Part shown: in pieces, positions 1 to 8,867 of the stretch
Position numbering within the stretch: position 1 is the stretch's first letter
How the letters are laid out: each line of letters opens with the position of its first letter
Origin: Methanomassiliicoccales archaeon
GTDB taxonomy: Archaea > Thermoplasmatota > Thermoplasmata > Methanomassiliicoccales > JAAEEP01
Assembly: GCA_046540255.1 (NCBI GenBank)
Contig: JBKHFJ010000009.1
Span: forward strand, 2,149-66,148
Direction of reading: 5' to 3'
DNA length: 64,000 nucleotides
The notes under the pieces: model-generated
Database searches by the model: none
What the model was told of the DNA's origin: nothing
The model's input: the letters and a program-made list of their open reading frames with translations, nothing else
Position numbers and translations under genes: made by a program

Positions 1-251
1 AGCCTGGTGAAGGGGCAGCGTGGGGAGACCAGGTAGAGCAGGGGGATGAAGGGTGCCGCCGCCAGTAGGGCCATGACGAGGCGGTCGTCGAACAGCCACC
101 ATATGAACACGATGTTGCCCACCAGTATGTGAACCACCTTCCTGTTGTACCTCCCCTTCCCCCTCCCGGCGAGGAATTTGGTGAGTGCCACCACGCCTCC
201 CAGATAGAGGTAGACCAAGGTCAGTCCCAGAACGTCTCCCGGGGAGAGCAT
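1..251 (-). CDS. Polytopic membrane protein, N-terminal part; the gene runs off the left edge. Resembles CTP-dependent polyprenol (dolichol/phytol) kinase family
   Basis: Absent from the ORF track because it is truncated. Manual translation from ATG (249-251, minus) reads MLSPGDVLGLTLVYLYLGGVVALTKFLAGRGKGRYNRKVVHILVGNIVFIWWLFDDRLVMALLAAAPFIPLLYLV... and stays open to position 1. It has hydrophobic helices and an RKxxHxxxGN motif. Confidence 0.4.
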   Translation of the reverse strand, partial: MLSPGDVLGLTLVYLYLGGVVALTKFLAGRGKGRYNRKVVHILVGNIVFIWWLFDDRLVMALLAAAPFIPLLYLVSPRCPFTR

Positions 252-389
252 GGCACCCCTGGATGGCCGTCTGCTCTTATTTCACTTTCGAGGTGCTGAG
301 ACTTCAATGGGACCTTCAGACGTCATCCGTATCGTGTCGGATAATCAACTGAAAAGCTTTATTAGTCTACCATCTGGTCCTGGTATGGC

Positions 390-1043
390 ATGAACGAACG
401 GGACACCAATCTGATGCACTCCCTGATGGAGGACCTTGGAGGGTCCTTCAGGGGCGGTGTCGTACTTCTCGATTCCCCCTCCACCCAGTTCGTTCGTGTC
501 AACCTGGTGCTGCTGAAGGGCATGCTGGAGACGATGGGTAAGACCGGGATATTCATCTCCGTGGACCGGCCCCACCAGTACATGGTTCATCTCATGAAGA
601 TGCACGGTATCGACCTCCAGAAGATCACCTTCATAGACGTCATAAGCAGGTTCTCCGGGGACAGGAAGGGAGGGGACGGCAACGTGGGGCACGCTGGCGG
701 CCCGTTCCACATCGACGCTCTGCCCCATGCCATGCAGGAAGAGGGAGTGGGACCCACCCTGGAGAACCTGAACGATCAGGGATTCGCGATGATAGACAAC
801 CTGGCGGCCCTGCTGACCTATAACAGGAACCCGGCGGTGGAGCTGTTCATCAACAACTTCATCCTGGTGGCCAAGTCCCAGGGAAGGGTCACCATCCCTC
901 TGGTGGTGGACAGCGAGAGGCATCCCTCCCTGTTCAGGTCCGCCCAGATGCTTTGCACGAGGGAGATCGACGTGAGGGAGCACTTGTCAGTCAAAGGAAA
1001 GAGGTCTGGTATCGACCACACCAAGGGGGGCGGAATGCCATGA
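390..1043 (+). CDS. KaiC/RecA-superfamily-like domain protein without a Walker A P-loop (degenerate partner of the next gene)
   Basis: 217-aa ORF starting at ATG 390, about 30 nt downstream of a TATA-like CTTTATTA. The strand pattern looks RecA-like (GIFISVDRP, FAMIDNLAALL, TIPLVVDSE) but there is no GxxGxGKT. Its stop overlaps the next start (ATGA at 1040-1043). Confidence 0.6.
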   Translation: MNERDTNLMHSLMEDLGGSFRGGVVLLDSPSTQFVRVNLVLLKGMLETMGKTGIFISVDRPHQYMVHLMKMHGIDLQKITFIDVISRFSGDRKGGDGNVGHAGGPFHIDALPHAMQEEGVGPTLENLNDQGFAMIDNLAALLTYNRNPAVELFINNFILVAKSQGRVTIPLVVDSERHPSLFRSAQMLCTREIDVREHLSVKGKRSGIDHTKGGGMP

Positions 1044-1747
1044 ACGATGGAAACGACGACAGGGAAATACCGCAGCTGGCCAGAATAACCTCCGGCGTGC
1101 CGGGGTTGGACGATATGATCGAGGGGGGTTTCCCCTTTCCCTCGGTGGTGCTGGTCTCCGGCAGCGCAGGCACTGGGAAGACCACCTTCGCCATGAAGTT
1201 CCTGTGCGATGGTGCCAGGAACGGGGAGAAGGGGCTGTTCTTCACCACTTTGAGTGAGCCCACCCAGTGGATGCTGAGGTACGCCTCCCAGTTCGACTTC
1301 ATAGATCAGGACTACTTCGGGGAGGAGATCGTCTACTTCGATCTGGGGCGGAACCTGATAGACCCGGATCCCCAAGGACTGCTGGACATCATCGAGCAGA
1401 AGATCGCCGAGGAGCTCCCCCAGCGGATCGTCATCGACCCCATCACCGTGGTGGGTGGCATGATGGGGGGAGAGTACCGGAACTTCCTGTTCGACCTCAT
1501 GAACAGGTTGAAGAACTGGAACTCCACCTCGCTTCTGACCGGAGAGGTGAAGCCCGATGAGCTGTATCCCCCCGAGATCTCCTACGCGGTGGACGGCATA
1601 GTGCTCCTCATGCTGTCCGAGGAGGCCGGGGCCAGGAGAAAGTACCTGGAGGTGCTGAAGATGAGAGGGACCAACCACATCACCGGAAAGCAGTCCATCG
1701 ACATCACCCGTAGGGACGGCATAGTGGTGCTCAAAGCCAGGTTCTAG
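1040..1747 (+). CDS. KaiC-like/RadA-like single-domain ATPase (signal-transduction RecA-superfamily ATPase)
   Basis: Has GVPGLDDMIEGGFPFPSVVLVSGSAGTGKTTFAMKF (Walker A) and YLEVLKMRGTNHITGKQSIDI. The track ORF starts at 953, but ATG 1040 in the same frame gives an ATGA stop-start overlap with the upstream gene. Confidence 0.85.
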   Translation: MNDGNDDREIPQLARITSGVPGLDDMIEGGFPFPSVVLVSGSAGTGKTTFAMKFLCDGARNGEKGLFFTTLSEPTQWMLRYASQFDFIDQDYFGEEIVYFDLGRNLIDPDPQGLLDIIEQKIAEELPQRIVIDPITVVGGMMGGEYRNFLFDLMNRLKNWNSTSLLTGEVKPDELYPPEISYAVDGIVLLMLSEEAGARRKYLEVLKMRGTNHITGKQSIDITRRDGIVVLKARF

Positions 1748-3002
1748 CCGAGAGGAGCAGGAGCGCGGCCAGGAAGGACAGGGCCGTGATGCCCACCAGG
1801 CGCAGGACCGAGGCCCTGGAGAGCCGGGGGCACATGAGCTTGGTTATGATCAGTTTGTTCATCGAGCTGATCCCGCAGGCCAGGAGGACGATCTCGGCCG
1901 CGGTTTGGGGTCCGATGGAGCCGGCCAGGGAGAGGGAGGACACCGAGGCCACCACCGCCGCCGAGGAGGCGAACCCTCCCAGCGCGGCGATGTAGACCAG
2001 GCCGCCGCCAAGCTGCTCCTCCACCAGCAGGGCGAAGCCGGATATGATGAAGAAGATGACCCCGAAGACCAGGGCGGGCTTGATGGCGAAGGGGCTGCCA
2101 AGTTCCAGGGGCTCGGAGGGCTCCTCCCCCACCCTTGATATCCCCAGCAGTATCCCGAAGCCGCAGAGAAGGACCAGGGGGAGGGCGGTCAAGGAGGCCA
2201 CTCCCAGAGTGGGGTCGGAGACCACGCACACGGCAAGGTTGCGCAGGAACATGGTGGCATTGGCCAGCACGATCCCGCAGGCGGCCGTCCTCATCATCCT
2301 CTCCCCCTTCTTCGCCAGCCCGCACAGGGAGGCGGTGGCCGCCTCGGAGTTGATCAATCCTCCCAGCAGACCCGAGATCCGGAGACCTATCGAGGGCCCC
2401 TGCCATCTAACCACCAGGAAGGAGGCGAAGGAGATGCCGGAGACGAAGAGGATGATCAGGAGCACCATGTTCAGGTCCAGCGGCTGCCCTTGGCCAAATA
2501 TCTCCAGTGGGCCGGTGAGCTCCAGGTTGAGGGTAAGGGGATAGAGTATGAAGGCGATGGTGATAAACTGGAGGGCCCCCATGATCTCCTCCTCGGAGAG
2601 CACGCGTACGAAGGAGTGCAGCCTCTGCTTGGAGATCAGTATGGTGGTGGTGGCCACCCCCACGATCACCGCCTCCAGCACGAAATCGTGGGCCACCAGG
2701 ACCCCGACCAGGTAGGCGATGATGAATGCCAGGGTGGTGGTGAACCCGGGAAAACCCATCACCTGGCGGATGTAGATCAGGGCCAGGGAGAGGGCCCCGA
2801 AGAGCACCAGGCCCGCCAGCACGAGATACTCGATCCCTCCCTGGCCCAGGTAGGCGAGGATGTATCCGCTCATGGCCACCAGTGGGAATGTTCTGATCCC
2901 TACCAGTATGGTGTCCCCCTCTTTCCGATGCTCCCTCTCCAGACCGATCAGGGCCCCTATGCCGATCGATACCAGGAGGCCGTAGACGAATCCCAGATCC
3001 AT
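1731..3002 (-). CDS. MgtC/SapB-family membrane protein with a DUF4010-like C-terminal half
   Basis: MDLGFVYGLLVSIGIGALIGLEREHRKE... is an MgtC-type N-terminus, followed by many TM helices. I moved the start from track position 3098 to the internal ATG at 3002. Confidence 0.75.
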   Translation of the reverse strand: MDLGFVYGLLVSIGIGALIGLEREHRKEGDTILVGIRTFPLVAMSGYILAYLGQGGIEYLVLAGLVLFGALSLALIYIRQVMGFPGFTTTLAFIIAYLVGVLVAHDFVLEAVIVGVATTTILISKQRLHSFVRVLSEEEIMGALQFITIAFILYPLTLNLELTGPLEIFGQGQPLDLNMVLLIILFVSGISFASFLVVRWQGPSIGLRISGLLGGLINSEAATASLCGLAKKGERMMRTAACGIVLANATMFLRNLAVCVVSDPTLGVASLTALPLVLLCGFGILLGISRVGEEPSEPLELGSPFAIKPALVFGVIFFIISGFALLVEEQLGGGLVYIAALGGFASSAAVVASVSSLSLAGSIGPQTAAEIVLLACGISSMNKLIITKLMCPRLSRASVLRLVGITALSFLAALLLLSARTWL

Positions 3003-3155
3003 GTGCTCCCAATAATTATTGACCGGAGCTGAAAAAAAGGTTTCGCAGATGCACAGGGAGGGGGGCAGAATTGCATCTGGACGGATAAATCGCGACAAAT
3101 GATATATACAAGCATCATAATTACCGGCCCGAAATCGCCAAACGAGGTCTTGCTT

Positions 3156-5249
3156 ATGGTATACATGGATCCAATCGGTTACGTCATTCCGGTGGCAGGC
3201 GCCATAGGTCTTCTCTTCGCGGCCCTCCTCACCCGGAAAGTTTTCAGGAAGGATACCGGCACCTCGGAGATGAACGAGATCGGGGACGCGATCAGGGAGG
3301 GGGCCATGGCCTACCTCGCACGGCAGTACAAGACCATAGCCGTCATAAGCGTGATCCTGGCAGCGATCATCGGCATCGGCCTGCAGCCGGAAGTGGGGTT
3401 GGCCTTCCTGCTGGGTGCCTTCTTCTCCGCCCTCTCCGGGTACATTGGGATGTACGTCTCTGTCAAGTCGAATATCCGCACTGCGAGCGCGGCGAGGAGA
3501 ACACTCAGCGAGGCCCTGGAGACCTCCTTCCAGGGAGGGGCGGTCTCCGGTATAGCCGTGGTCGCCCTCAGCCTGCTGGGCGTTGCCGGCCTGTTCTTCG
3601 TCTACGACGTATACTTCGGGACGAGGGACGCACTGTTCTACGCGGTGGGATACGCCTTCGGGGCCAGCTTCGCCGCCCTGTTCGCCCAGCTCGGTGGGGG
3701 TATTTACACCAAGGCCGCCGACGTGGGGGCGGACCTGGTCGGGAAGATCGAGGAGGGGATCCCCGAGGACGACCCCAGGAACCCGGCGGTCATCGCCGAC
3801 CTGGTGGGGGACAATGTGGGAGACTGCGCCGGCCGTGGGGCGGACCTGTTCGAGTCCACCGCGGCGGAGAACATCGGCGCCATGATCCTCGGTCTTTCCA
3901 TATGGTCGATCACCGGGGACACCGGCTGGATATTCTTCCCGCTGGTGGTGCGCGCCTTCGGTCTGCTGGCCTCCCTGGTGGGCATCCTAACCGTCAAGAT
4001 GAGGAATGAGGAGGAGAACCCCACCAAGGCCCTGAACAGGGGATACTTCGTCACCTGCATCCTGTCGGCGATCGCCTTCTACTACACCACCATAGAGCTG
4101 CTGGGCAGTCATTACTACTTCTACTGCGGTCTCATCGGCATCGTGCTGAGCATCGTCATCGTGTACATCACCCAGTACTACACCGCCGGCGAATGGAGAC
4201 CGGTGAAGGAGATAGCCGAGTCCTCGGAGACTGGACCGGCCACCAATATCATCACCGGCTTCTCCATCGCACTGGAGACCACGGCAATGCCCGTAGTGGC
4301 GATCGTCGTCGGCCTGCTCTCCTCCTACTGGCTAGGGACCATGGGCGCCCCCGCGGGGGTGGATGCCTTCGTGGCCGGGCTCTACGGCACCGCTGTGGCC
4401 ACCATGGGCATGCTGGCCACCTGCGCCTTCGTTCTGGCGGAGGACACCTTCGGGCCGATCACCGATAACGCCGGCGGCATCATCGAGATGACCGACCATC
4501 CCGAGGAGATCAGGGCGAGGACCGACAGGCTGGACGCCATCGGGAACACCACCAAGGCCCTGACCAAGGGATACGCAATGGGCTCCGCGGCCCTGGCGGC
4601 CTTCCTGCTGTTCGCCGCCTACTTCGAGGAGATAGCCCATCTGACCGACAGCACCCTGGCAGAGGTGTTCATGGTCGACCTGGCCCAGCCTCCCGTGTTC
4701 GTGGGGGCGTTCATCGGTGGCATGCTGGTGTTCCTGTTCGCCTCCCTGGCGATCAGGGCGGTGGGAAAGGCGGCCTACCTCATGATCAACGAGGTAAGAA
4801 GGCAGTTCAGGGAGATACCGGGTCTGCTGGAAGGCACCGCCAAGCCACTCTACGCCAGATGCGTGGACATCGCCACCAAGGGATCCCTGAAGGCCATGGT
4901 ACTCCCCGGGATACTTCCCGTGGTGGTGCCGGTGCTTTTCGGAGGGATCTTCGCCTTGATGGGCGTGGAGACCACCACCCAGGCTGTGGGCGCCCTCCTC
5001 ATGGTGGGCACCATCGCCGGCGTGCTGCTGGCCACGGTCCTGAACAACGGTGGCGGGGCATGGGACAACGCCAAGAAGTACATCGAGGAAGGCCATCACG
5101 GTGGTAGAGGGACCGAGGCCCACAGCGCCGCAGTGGTCGGCGACACCGTGGGCGACCCGTTCAAGGACACCGCCGGTCCCTCCCTCCATGTGCTGGTGAA
5201 GTTGTTGTCCACCGTCACGCTGGTCTTTGCCGCCCTGTTCATCGTGTGA
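3156..5249 (+). CDS. hppA: Membrane H+-translocating inorganic pyrophosphatase, K+-independent type
   Basis: Carries DVGADLVGKIEEGIPEDDPRNPAVIADLVGDNVGDCAGRGADLFES, GNTTKALTKGYAMGSAALAAF (the Lys/Thr variant associated with K+ independence) and DTVGDPFKDTAGPSLHVLVKL. GAGGT lies about 8 nt upstream of ATG 3156; ATG 3165 is an alternative start. Confidence 0.95.
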   Translation: MVYMDPIGYVIPVAGAIGLLFAALLTRKVFRKDTGTSEMNEIGDAIREGAMAYLARQYKTIAVISVILAAIIGIGLQPEVGLAFLLGAFFSALSGYIGMYVSVKSNIRTASAARRTLSEALETSFQGGAVSGIAVVALSLLGVAGLFFVYDVYFGTRDALFYAVGYAFGASFAALFAQLGGGIYTKAADVGADLVGKIEEGIPEDDPRNPAVIADLVGDNVGDCAGRGADLFESTAAENIGAMILGLSIWSITGDTGWIFFPLVVRAFGLLASLVGILTVKMRNEEENPTKALNRGYFVTCILSAIAFYYTTIELLGSHYYFYCGLIGIVLSIVIVYITQYYTAGEWRPVKEIAESSETGPATNIITGFSIALETTAMPVVAIVVGLLSSYWLGTMGAPAGVDAFVAGLYGTAVATMGMLATCAFVLAEDTFGPITDNAGGIIEMTDHPEEIRARTDRLDAIGNTTKALTKGYAMGSAALAAFLLFAAYFEEIAHLTDSTLAEVFMVDLAQPPVFVGAFIGGMLVFLFASLAIRAVGKAAYLMINEVRRQFREIPGLLEGTAKPLYARCVDIATKGSLKAMVLPGILPVVVPVLFGGIFALMGVETTTQAVGALLMVGTIAGVLLATVLNNGGGAWDNAKKYIEEGHHGGRGTEAHSAAVVGDTVGDPFKDTAGPSLHVLVKLLSTVTLVFAALFIV

Positions 5250-5320
5250 GCCGGGAAAAAACTCCTTCGTCCTTTTTATTCGTCCAGACCCTCTGTGAAC
5301 GGGGCCGGAAAAGCTCAACA

Positions 5321-5328
5321 TTTAAATA
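5321..5328 (+). promoter_or_regulatory. TATA box (TTTAAATA) of the rpo7 operon
   Basis: This AT-rich octamer sits in GC-rich context about 40 nt upstream of ATG 5367. An AAGAGGG SD-like element lies between them. Confidence 0.45.
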
Positions 5329-5366
5329 AGTGGTCCCACATGCCCGAGTATCTAAGAGGGCGTATC

Positions 5367-5927
5367 ATGTACATGCTTACGCAGAAGGAAAAGGTCGTTC
5401 GCATTCCTCCCAGCAGGCTGGGGGAGGAGCTCGATCAGGTGATCAGCGAACTGACCTGGGAGGCGTTCGAGGGCAGGATCGAGGGAAATGATATGCTCAC
5501 AGTCATGATACAGAACGTGGAACCCATCGGCCTTGGTCGGATCGTGCACGGGGACGGGGCGGTGTACCAGAAGGTGAAGTACGACGCCCTGGTGTTCAAG
5601 CCCTACCTGCAGGAGGTGGTGGAGGGCACGGTCTGCGAGGTGCTCAAGTTCGGGGCGTTCATCCGGTTCGGTCCACTGGACGGGCTGCTACACATCAGCC
5701 AGGTGATGGATGACAGGATCGATGTGGATTCCGACAACCAGCGACTCATCGGGAAGGATTCCAAGAGGGACCTGAAGGTGGGAGACAAGGTGAGGGCTCG
5801 CATCGTGGCCCTCTCCCTAAACGAGAGGAGCCCCCGGGAGAGCAAGATAGGGCTCACCATGCGCCAGCCTGGTCTTGGAAAGCTGGAGTGGCTGAGGGAG
5901 GATAGGGAGGAGGTCGAGGCCTCATGA
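5367..5927 (+). CDS. rpo7: DNA-directed RNA polymerase subunit Rpo7 (E prime), S1 domain
   Basis: MYMLTQKEKVVRIPPSRLGE...VVEGTVCEVLKFGAFIRFGPLDGLLHISQVMDD matches the Rpo7 N-domain plus S1 fold. The start is trimmed from 5295 to ATG 5367. Confidence 0.9.
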   Translation: MYMLTQKEKVVRIPPSRLGEELDQVISELTWEAFEGRIEGNDMLTVMIQNVEPIGLGRIVHGDGAVYQKVKYDALVFKPYLQEVVEGTVCEVLKFGAFIRFGPLDGLLHISQVMDDRIDVDSDNQRLIGKDSKRDLKVGDKVRARIVALSLNERSPRESKIGLTMRQPGLGKLEWLREDREEVEAS

Positions 5928-6112
5928 AGAACCCGAAGGCCTGCAAGCACTGCACCTACATCACCGAGGAGGATACATGCCCCCTGTGCGGCAACGAGAC
6001 ATCCAAGGACTGGCAGGGTTACGTGATAATCCTCGATCACGAGAAGTCCGAGATCGCCAAGAGGATGGGTATCAATGTCAACGGCAGGTTCGCCCTCAGG
6101 GTCCGGAGCTAG
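5924..6112 (+). CDS. spt4: Transcription elongation factor Spt4 / RNA polymerase subunit E double-prime
   Basis: 62 aa with zinc ribbon CKHC...CPLCG followed by WQGYVIILD. ATGA overlap with the rpo7 stop. Confidence 0.9.
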   Translation: MKNPKACKHCTYITEEDTCPLCGNETSKDWQGYVIILDHEKSEIAKRMGINVNGRFALRVRS

Positions 6113-6629
6113 GCCCTGGGAGGAGAAGGATCTGCTTCTTCCGGACCACATGAGGGCAGAGCTCAAGCTGCCCTTCGGCAAGGTGTTCTCCCTGGAGCTC
6201 CTCCTGGCCTCGCTGGGAGATTGCCGCAGGATAGTGTCGGTGGGGGACGTGGTGTCCAGGGACCTCATCGAATCCAGGGTATTCCCGGACCTGGTCATCT
6301 ACGACGGGAGGACGAAGAGGTGCGAGTCCAGCGAACTCGCCGAGAGGGTGGAGAAGGAGGGGGGACCGGACGCGGTGGTCAAGAATCCCCCGGGCACCAT
6401 CTCCTTGGAGATGACCAAGGCTATAAGGGAGGCACTGGAGAACGACGACACCTACATCCTGGTGGAGGGGGAGGAGGACCTCGCCGCCCTGGTATGCGTG
6501 GCCCTTGCCCCGAAAGGTTCTTGCGTCGTGTACGGATGCCCCGACAGGGGGGCCGTACTAGTCCGGGTGGACGAAACATCAAGTAATAAGGCTGAATCAC
6601 TGTTATCCAAGATGGAGGTATTGCGTTGA
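6075..6629 (+). CDS. DUF359 protein = archaeal GTP-dependent dephospho-CoA kinase
   Basis: Motifs SVGDVVSRDL, PDLVIYDGRTKR, NPPGTIS, LVEGEEDLAALVCV, VVYGCPDRGAVLV. Conserved position between spt4 and rps24e. The start is uncertain: ATG 6075 overlaps spt4 by 38 nt, and ATG 6150 is the alternative. Confidence 0.8.
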   Translation: MSTAGSPSGSGARPWEEKDLLLPDHMRAELKLPFGKVFSLELLLASLGDCRRIVSVGDVVSRDLIESRVFPDLVIYDGRTKRCESSELAERVEKEGGPDAVVKNPPGTISLEMTKAIREALENDDTYILVEGEEDLAALVCVALAPKGSCVVYGCPDRGAVLVRVDETSSNKAESLLSKMEVLR

Positions 6630-6916
6630 ATTTGGAGATCGATAGGAAGAAGGAGAATCCCCTCATGGAGAGGCTGGAGGTCGACTTCACCCTCGACCAT
6701 GTCGGAGAGGCCACGCCGAACCGTCAGTCCGTGAAGGATCAGCTGGCGTCGGCCCTGAACGTGGAGAAGGAGAGGATCGTGCTGGACCACGTGAGGAGCG
6801 ATTTCGGAAGGCAGATCAGCTCGGGTTACGCCAAGGTGTACGACTCGGTGGAGAGCGCAAAACGCCTGGAACGGGATTACCTCCTGGTCCGGGAAGGCCT
6901 GGCCGAGTCCAAGTAG
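6626..6916 (+). CDS. rps24e: 30S ribosomal protein S24e
   Basis: [31 protein letters not shown]...[16 protein letters not shown] start overlaps the upstream stop. Confidence 0.9.
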   Translation: MNLEIDRKKENPLMERLEVDFTLDHVGEATPNRQSVKDQLASALNVEKERIVLDHVRSDFGRQISSGYAKVYDSVESAKRLERDYLLVREGLAESK

Positions 6917-6926
6917 AGGTGTTCAC

Positions 6927-7079
6927 ATGGCCAAGAAGGATTATTACGAGATCAAGGACGACAAGGTGGAGAGGAAGAAGAAGAACTGCCCGAAGTGCGG
7001 CCCCGGGGTGTTCATGGCGGAGCACGAGGACCGGGTGTCCTGCGGGAAGTGCGGGTACACCGAGTTCAAGAAGCGGTGA
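6927..7079 (+). CDS. rps27ae: 30S ribosomal protein S27ae (zinc ribbon)
   Basis: Absent from the ORF track because it is only 50 aa. Manual translation gives [50 protein letters not shown], ending at TGA 7077-7079. It occupies the canonical position after rps24e. Confidence 0.9.
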   Translation: MAKKDYYEIKDDKVERKKKNCPKCGPGVFMAEHEDRVSCGKCGYTEFKKR

Positions 7080-7097
7080 CCAGAACCCTCTGTTTGT

Positions 7098-8683
7098 TCA
7101 ACGGAAGTACTCTCGGGCCAGCCAGCCCACGGCTCCCCCCACCAGGCCCATTTTCAGACCGGACATCAGGGAGAGCACGATGGAGTCGAAGAATCCCGTT
7201 GGCCCGACTCCGCCCACCATCAGGAGGAAGTGGGCCACCAACGAGAGAGGTATCACGGTCAATATGCCAACGGTGAAGCCGATGACCAGGTTGGCAAGGC
7301 CGGCATCGGCCCTCCAGCAGATCAGGGTGGAGAGCCCGGCGGTGAGGCCCCCCACGGCCAGGTAGGCGGAGTCACCGAATCGTGCCGCCATCTCGATTTC
7401 GGGGAGGAGGCCCAGAACGGCCACCCCGGCGGCGGCACCCAGGGCCATCACCACCAGGGTCTCCCGCCTGATTCGGCGGAGCTCCCTCCACCACTGGATG
7501 AAGGGAAGGGCGATCGCCTCCCCGATGATCAGGAATCCCAGGGAGTGCCACATCACCTCGGAGCCGAGCGGGGTGTCCAGGTCCTCGATCACCGCGATCC
7601 GGTCGTCCCCGTGGGCGAGTATCAGGTCCGAGGACAGGTCGGTGGCCAGGTGAGTGACGGTGAAACCGAGGTCCGTCTTCCAGTTGGGCACGGACCGGTC
7701 CCCCTTGACCCCGGCGATCTGCCCCTGGGCGGAGAAGAAGCCCTTGTCGATCACCCTGGGAACGGTGTAGTTGACCAGGCCCTCTCGCTCCCACCTGACC
7801 TCCCAGTCGCCATCCGCAATGCGGATTGACCCGATCGCCGCTCATGGCGTAGACGCTCTCCCCGTTGTCCTGCATGACGAAGCTCGTGCTCCCTGGGGGC
7901 AGGTCCACCTGGTGGATGGGTTCCCCGGAGGTGCTGGTGTAGAGGTGGAAGGTGGAACCGTTCGAGACGCACAACCTGGTCCCCGACCCGGAGAGTATCA
8001 GTTGCCCCAGGAGGTCGGCATCGAAGGTCATCCGGGGGGAATCGCTGCCGCTCCTGAACAGGTAAACCCTTCCATCCTCGGTCTGAAGGGCGATGTAGCC
8101 GGTGTTCTTCGACCTGTCATGGCCCACCACGTCTAGTCCGAAACTGTAGTCCCAGTCCGTCGACCCGTTCCCCTCGATGGAGAGGAGGGACAGACTCTCC
8201 TGGCCCCCTTCGTCGCTCAGCACGGCGATCCCATGGGGGACGTGACCCTGGGGTGTGTACCTCTCCACCACACCGAGCAGCGAGGCGGGCTGGGCGATAT
8301 GTACCTGGAAGGAATGGGTGGTCTTACCGGGAGGGAAGTATGAGAGGGTGCCGCCCGCCACCAGGACGGCCGCCGCCCCGGTATCATCCCCCAGGGCGAT
8401 GTCCACCGCTCTCCCCTTCACCCGGTACTACACGAGCTGACCGGAGGAGAGCATCTGCACCCCCTCCCCCGTCAGAATGAGGGCGCGCCTCCCGCCCATC
8501 TCAGTTCAAGGATGTTCGAGCCCACCGAGTGGATCTGGGAGGGCTTGTCGGCCACCGTTTGGTGATGGTGAAGTAGCCTACACCAACATCCAGCAGTAGC
8601 AGTGCCACCAGGAGTATTACGATACTTCTCTCCTCCAGAGCCTTCTTCACTCCCCAAAGATCGTTCCTACCCGGCCGCACCAT
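7098..8683 (-). pseudogene. Disrupted gene for a signal-anchored beta-propeller (PQQ-like repeat) protein with a 5-TM C-terminal domain
   Basis: Track ORFs 7372..8421 and 7098..7754 lie in different frames but read as one protein (...NGESVYAMSGD | GSIRIADGDWEVRWEREGLVNY...). The downstream frame is open up to 7841, and the junction looks like a 1-nt insertion in gat[c]ggg near 7830-7836. Upstream there is a TATA (8707-8714) and a 60-aa ORF (8501..8683) giving a signal anchor (IVILLVALLLLDVGVGYF). That anchor connects to the propeller only through two more apparent frame changes (about 8560 and 8500) and an in-frame TAG (8428-8430). Confidence 0.55.
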
Positions 8684-8706
8684 TCCTCCCAGGATGGCCA
8701 GGTGCC

Positions 8707-8714
8707 TATAAATA
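8707..8714 (-). promoter_or_regulatory. TATA box (TATTTATA on minus) about 27 nt upstream of start 8683
   Basis: The spacing fits a leaderless transcript for the N-terminal fragment of the disrupted propeller gene. Confidence 0.4.
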
Positions 8715-8732
8715 TCCCTCCCCCGGAGGGCA

Positions 8733-8742
8733 AACTTTATTC
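8733..8742 (+). promoter_or_regulatory. TATA-like element (AACTTTATTC) about 30 nt upstream of the tRNA 5' end
   Basis: Position relative to 8768. Confidence 0.35.
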
Positions 8743-8806
8743 ACCACCTGCGCCTTCGGGAACCCGCGGGCCTGTGGTGTAGCATGGATATCACAGAGGC
8801 CTCCGG

Positions 8807-8824
8807 TAGCCAATCGCTGGGGAG
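8807..8824 (+). other. tRNA intron 1, canonical position 37/38 (18 nt), BHB motif
   Basis: Central 4-bp helix CTCC (8801-8804) pairs with GGGG (8819-8822). The 3-nt bulges are GGT (8805-8807) and AGA (8823-8825). Inner helix AGC/GCT with loop CAATC. Confidence 0.8.
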
Positions 8825-8845
8825 AGCCTCAGACCCGGGTTCAAA

Positions 8846-8867
8846 ATCCCTGATGAGGGGATGAAAT
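8846..8867 (+). other. tRNA intron 2, non-canonical position 59/60 in the T loop (22 nt), BHB motif
   Basis: The outer helix is the T stem. Central helix TTCA (8840-8843) pairs with TGAA (8862-8865). The 3-nt bulges are AAA (8844-8846) and ATT (8866-8868). Inner helix TCCC/GGGA with loop TGATGAG. Confidence 0.75.

Noticed and set aside
818-1678. Long antisense or alternative-frame ORFs throughout the track. Examples: 818..1678(-), 4332..5321(-), 9027..10070(-), 11849..13438(-), 16497..17828(+), 32094..33266(+), 33912..35552(+), 37737..38996(-), 52633..53604(+).
   Set aside because: They are Arg/Gly/Pro/His-rich low-complexity translations typical of shadow ORFs in GC-rich DNA. Each overlaps a gene with clear family motifs in another frame.
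8428-8430. The in-frame TAG in the disrupted propeller gene as a possible pyrrolysine or read-through codon.
   Set aside because: TAG is used as an ordinary stop by several well-supported genes here (the KaiC-like gene at 1745-1747, spt4, rps24e). The gene also has frameshifts, and nothing links it to Pyl-containing methyltransferases.
8851-8856. UGAUGA (C-box-like) in the loop of tRNA intron 2, considered as an intron-encoded C/D box sRNA.
   Set aside because: The intron is only 22 nt, with no D box or guide region. The hexamer is simply the hairpin loop.
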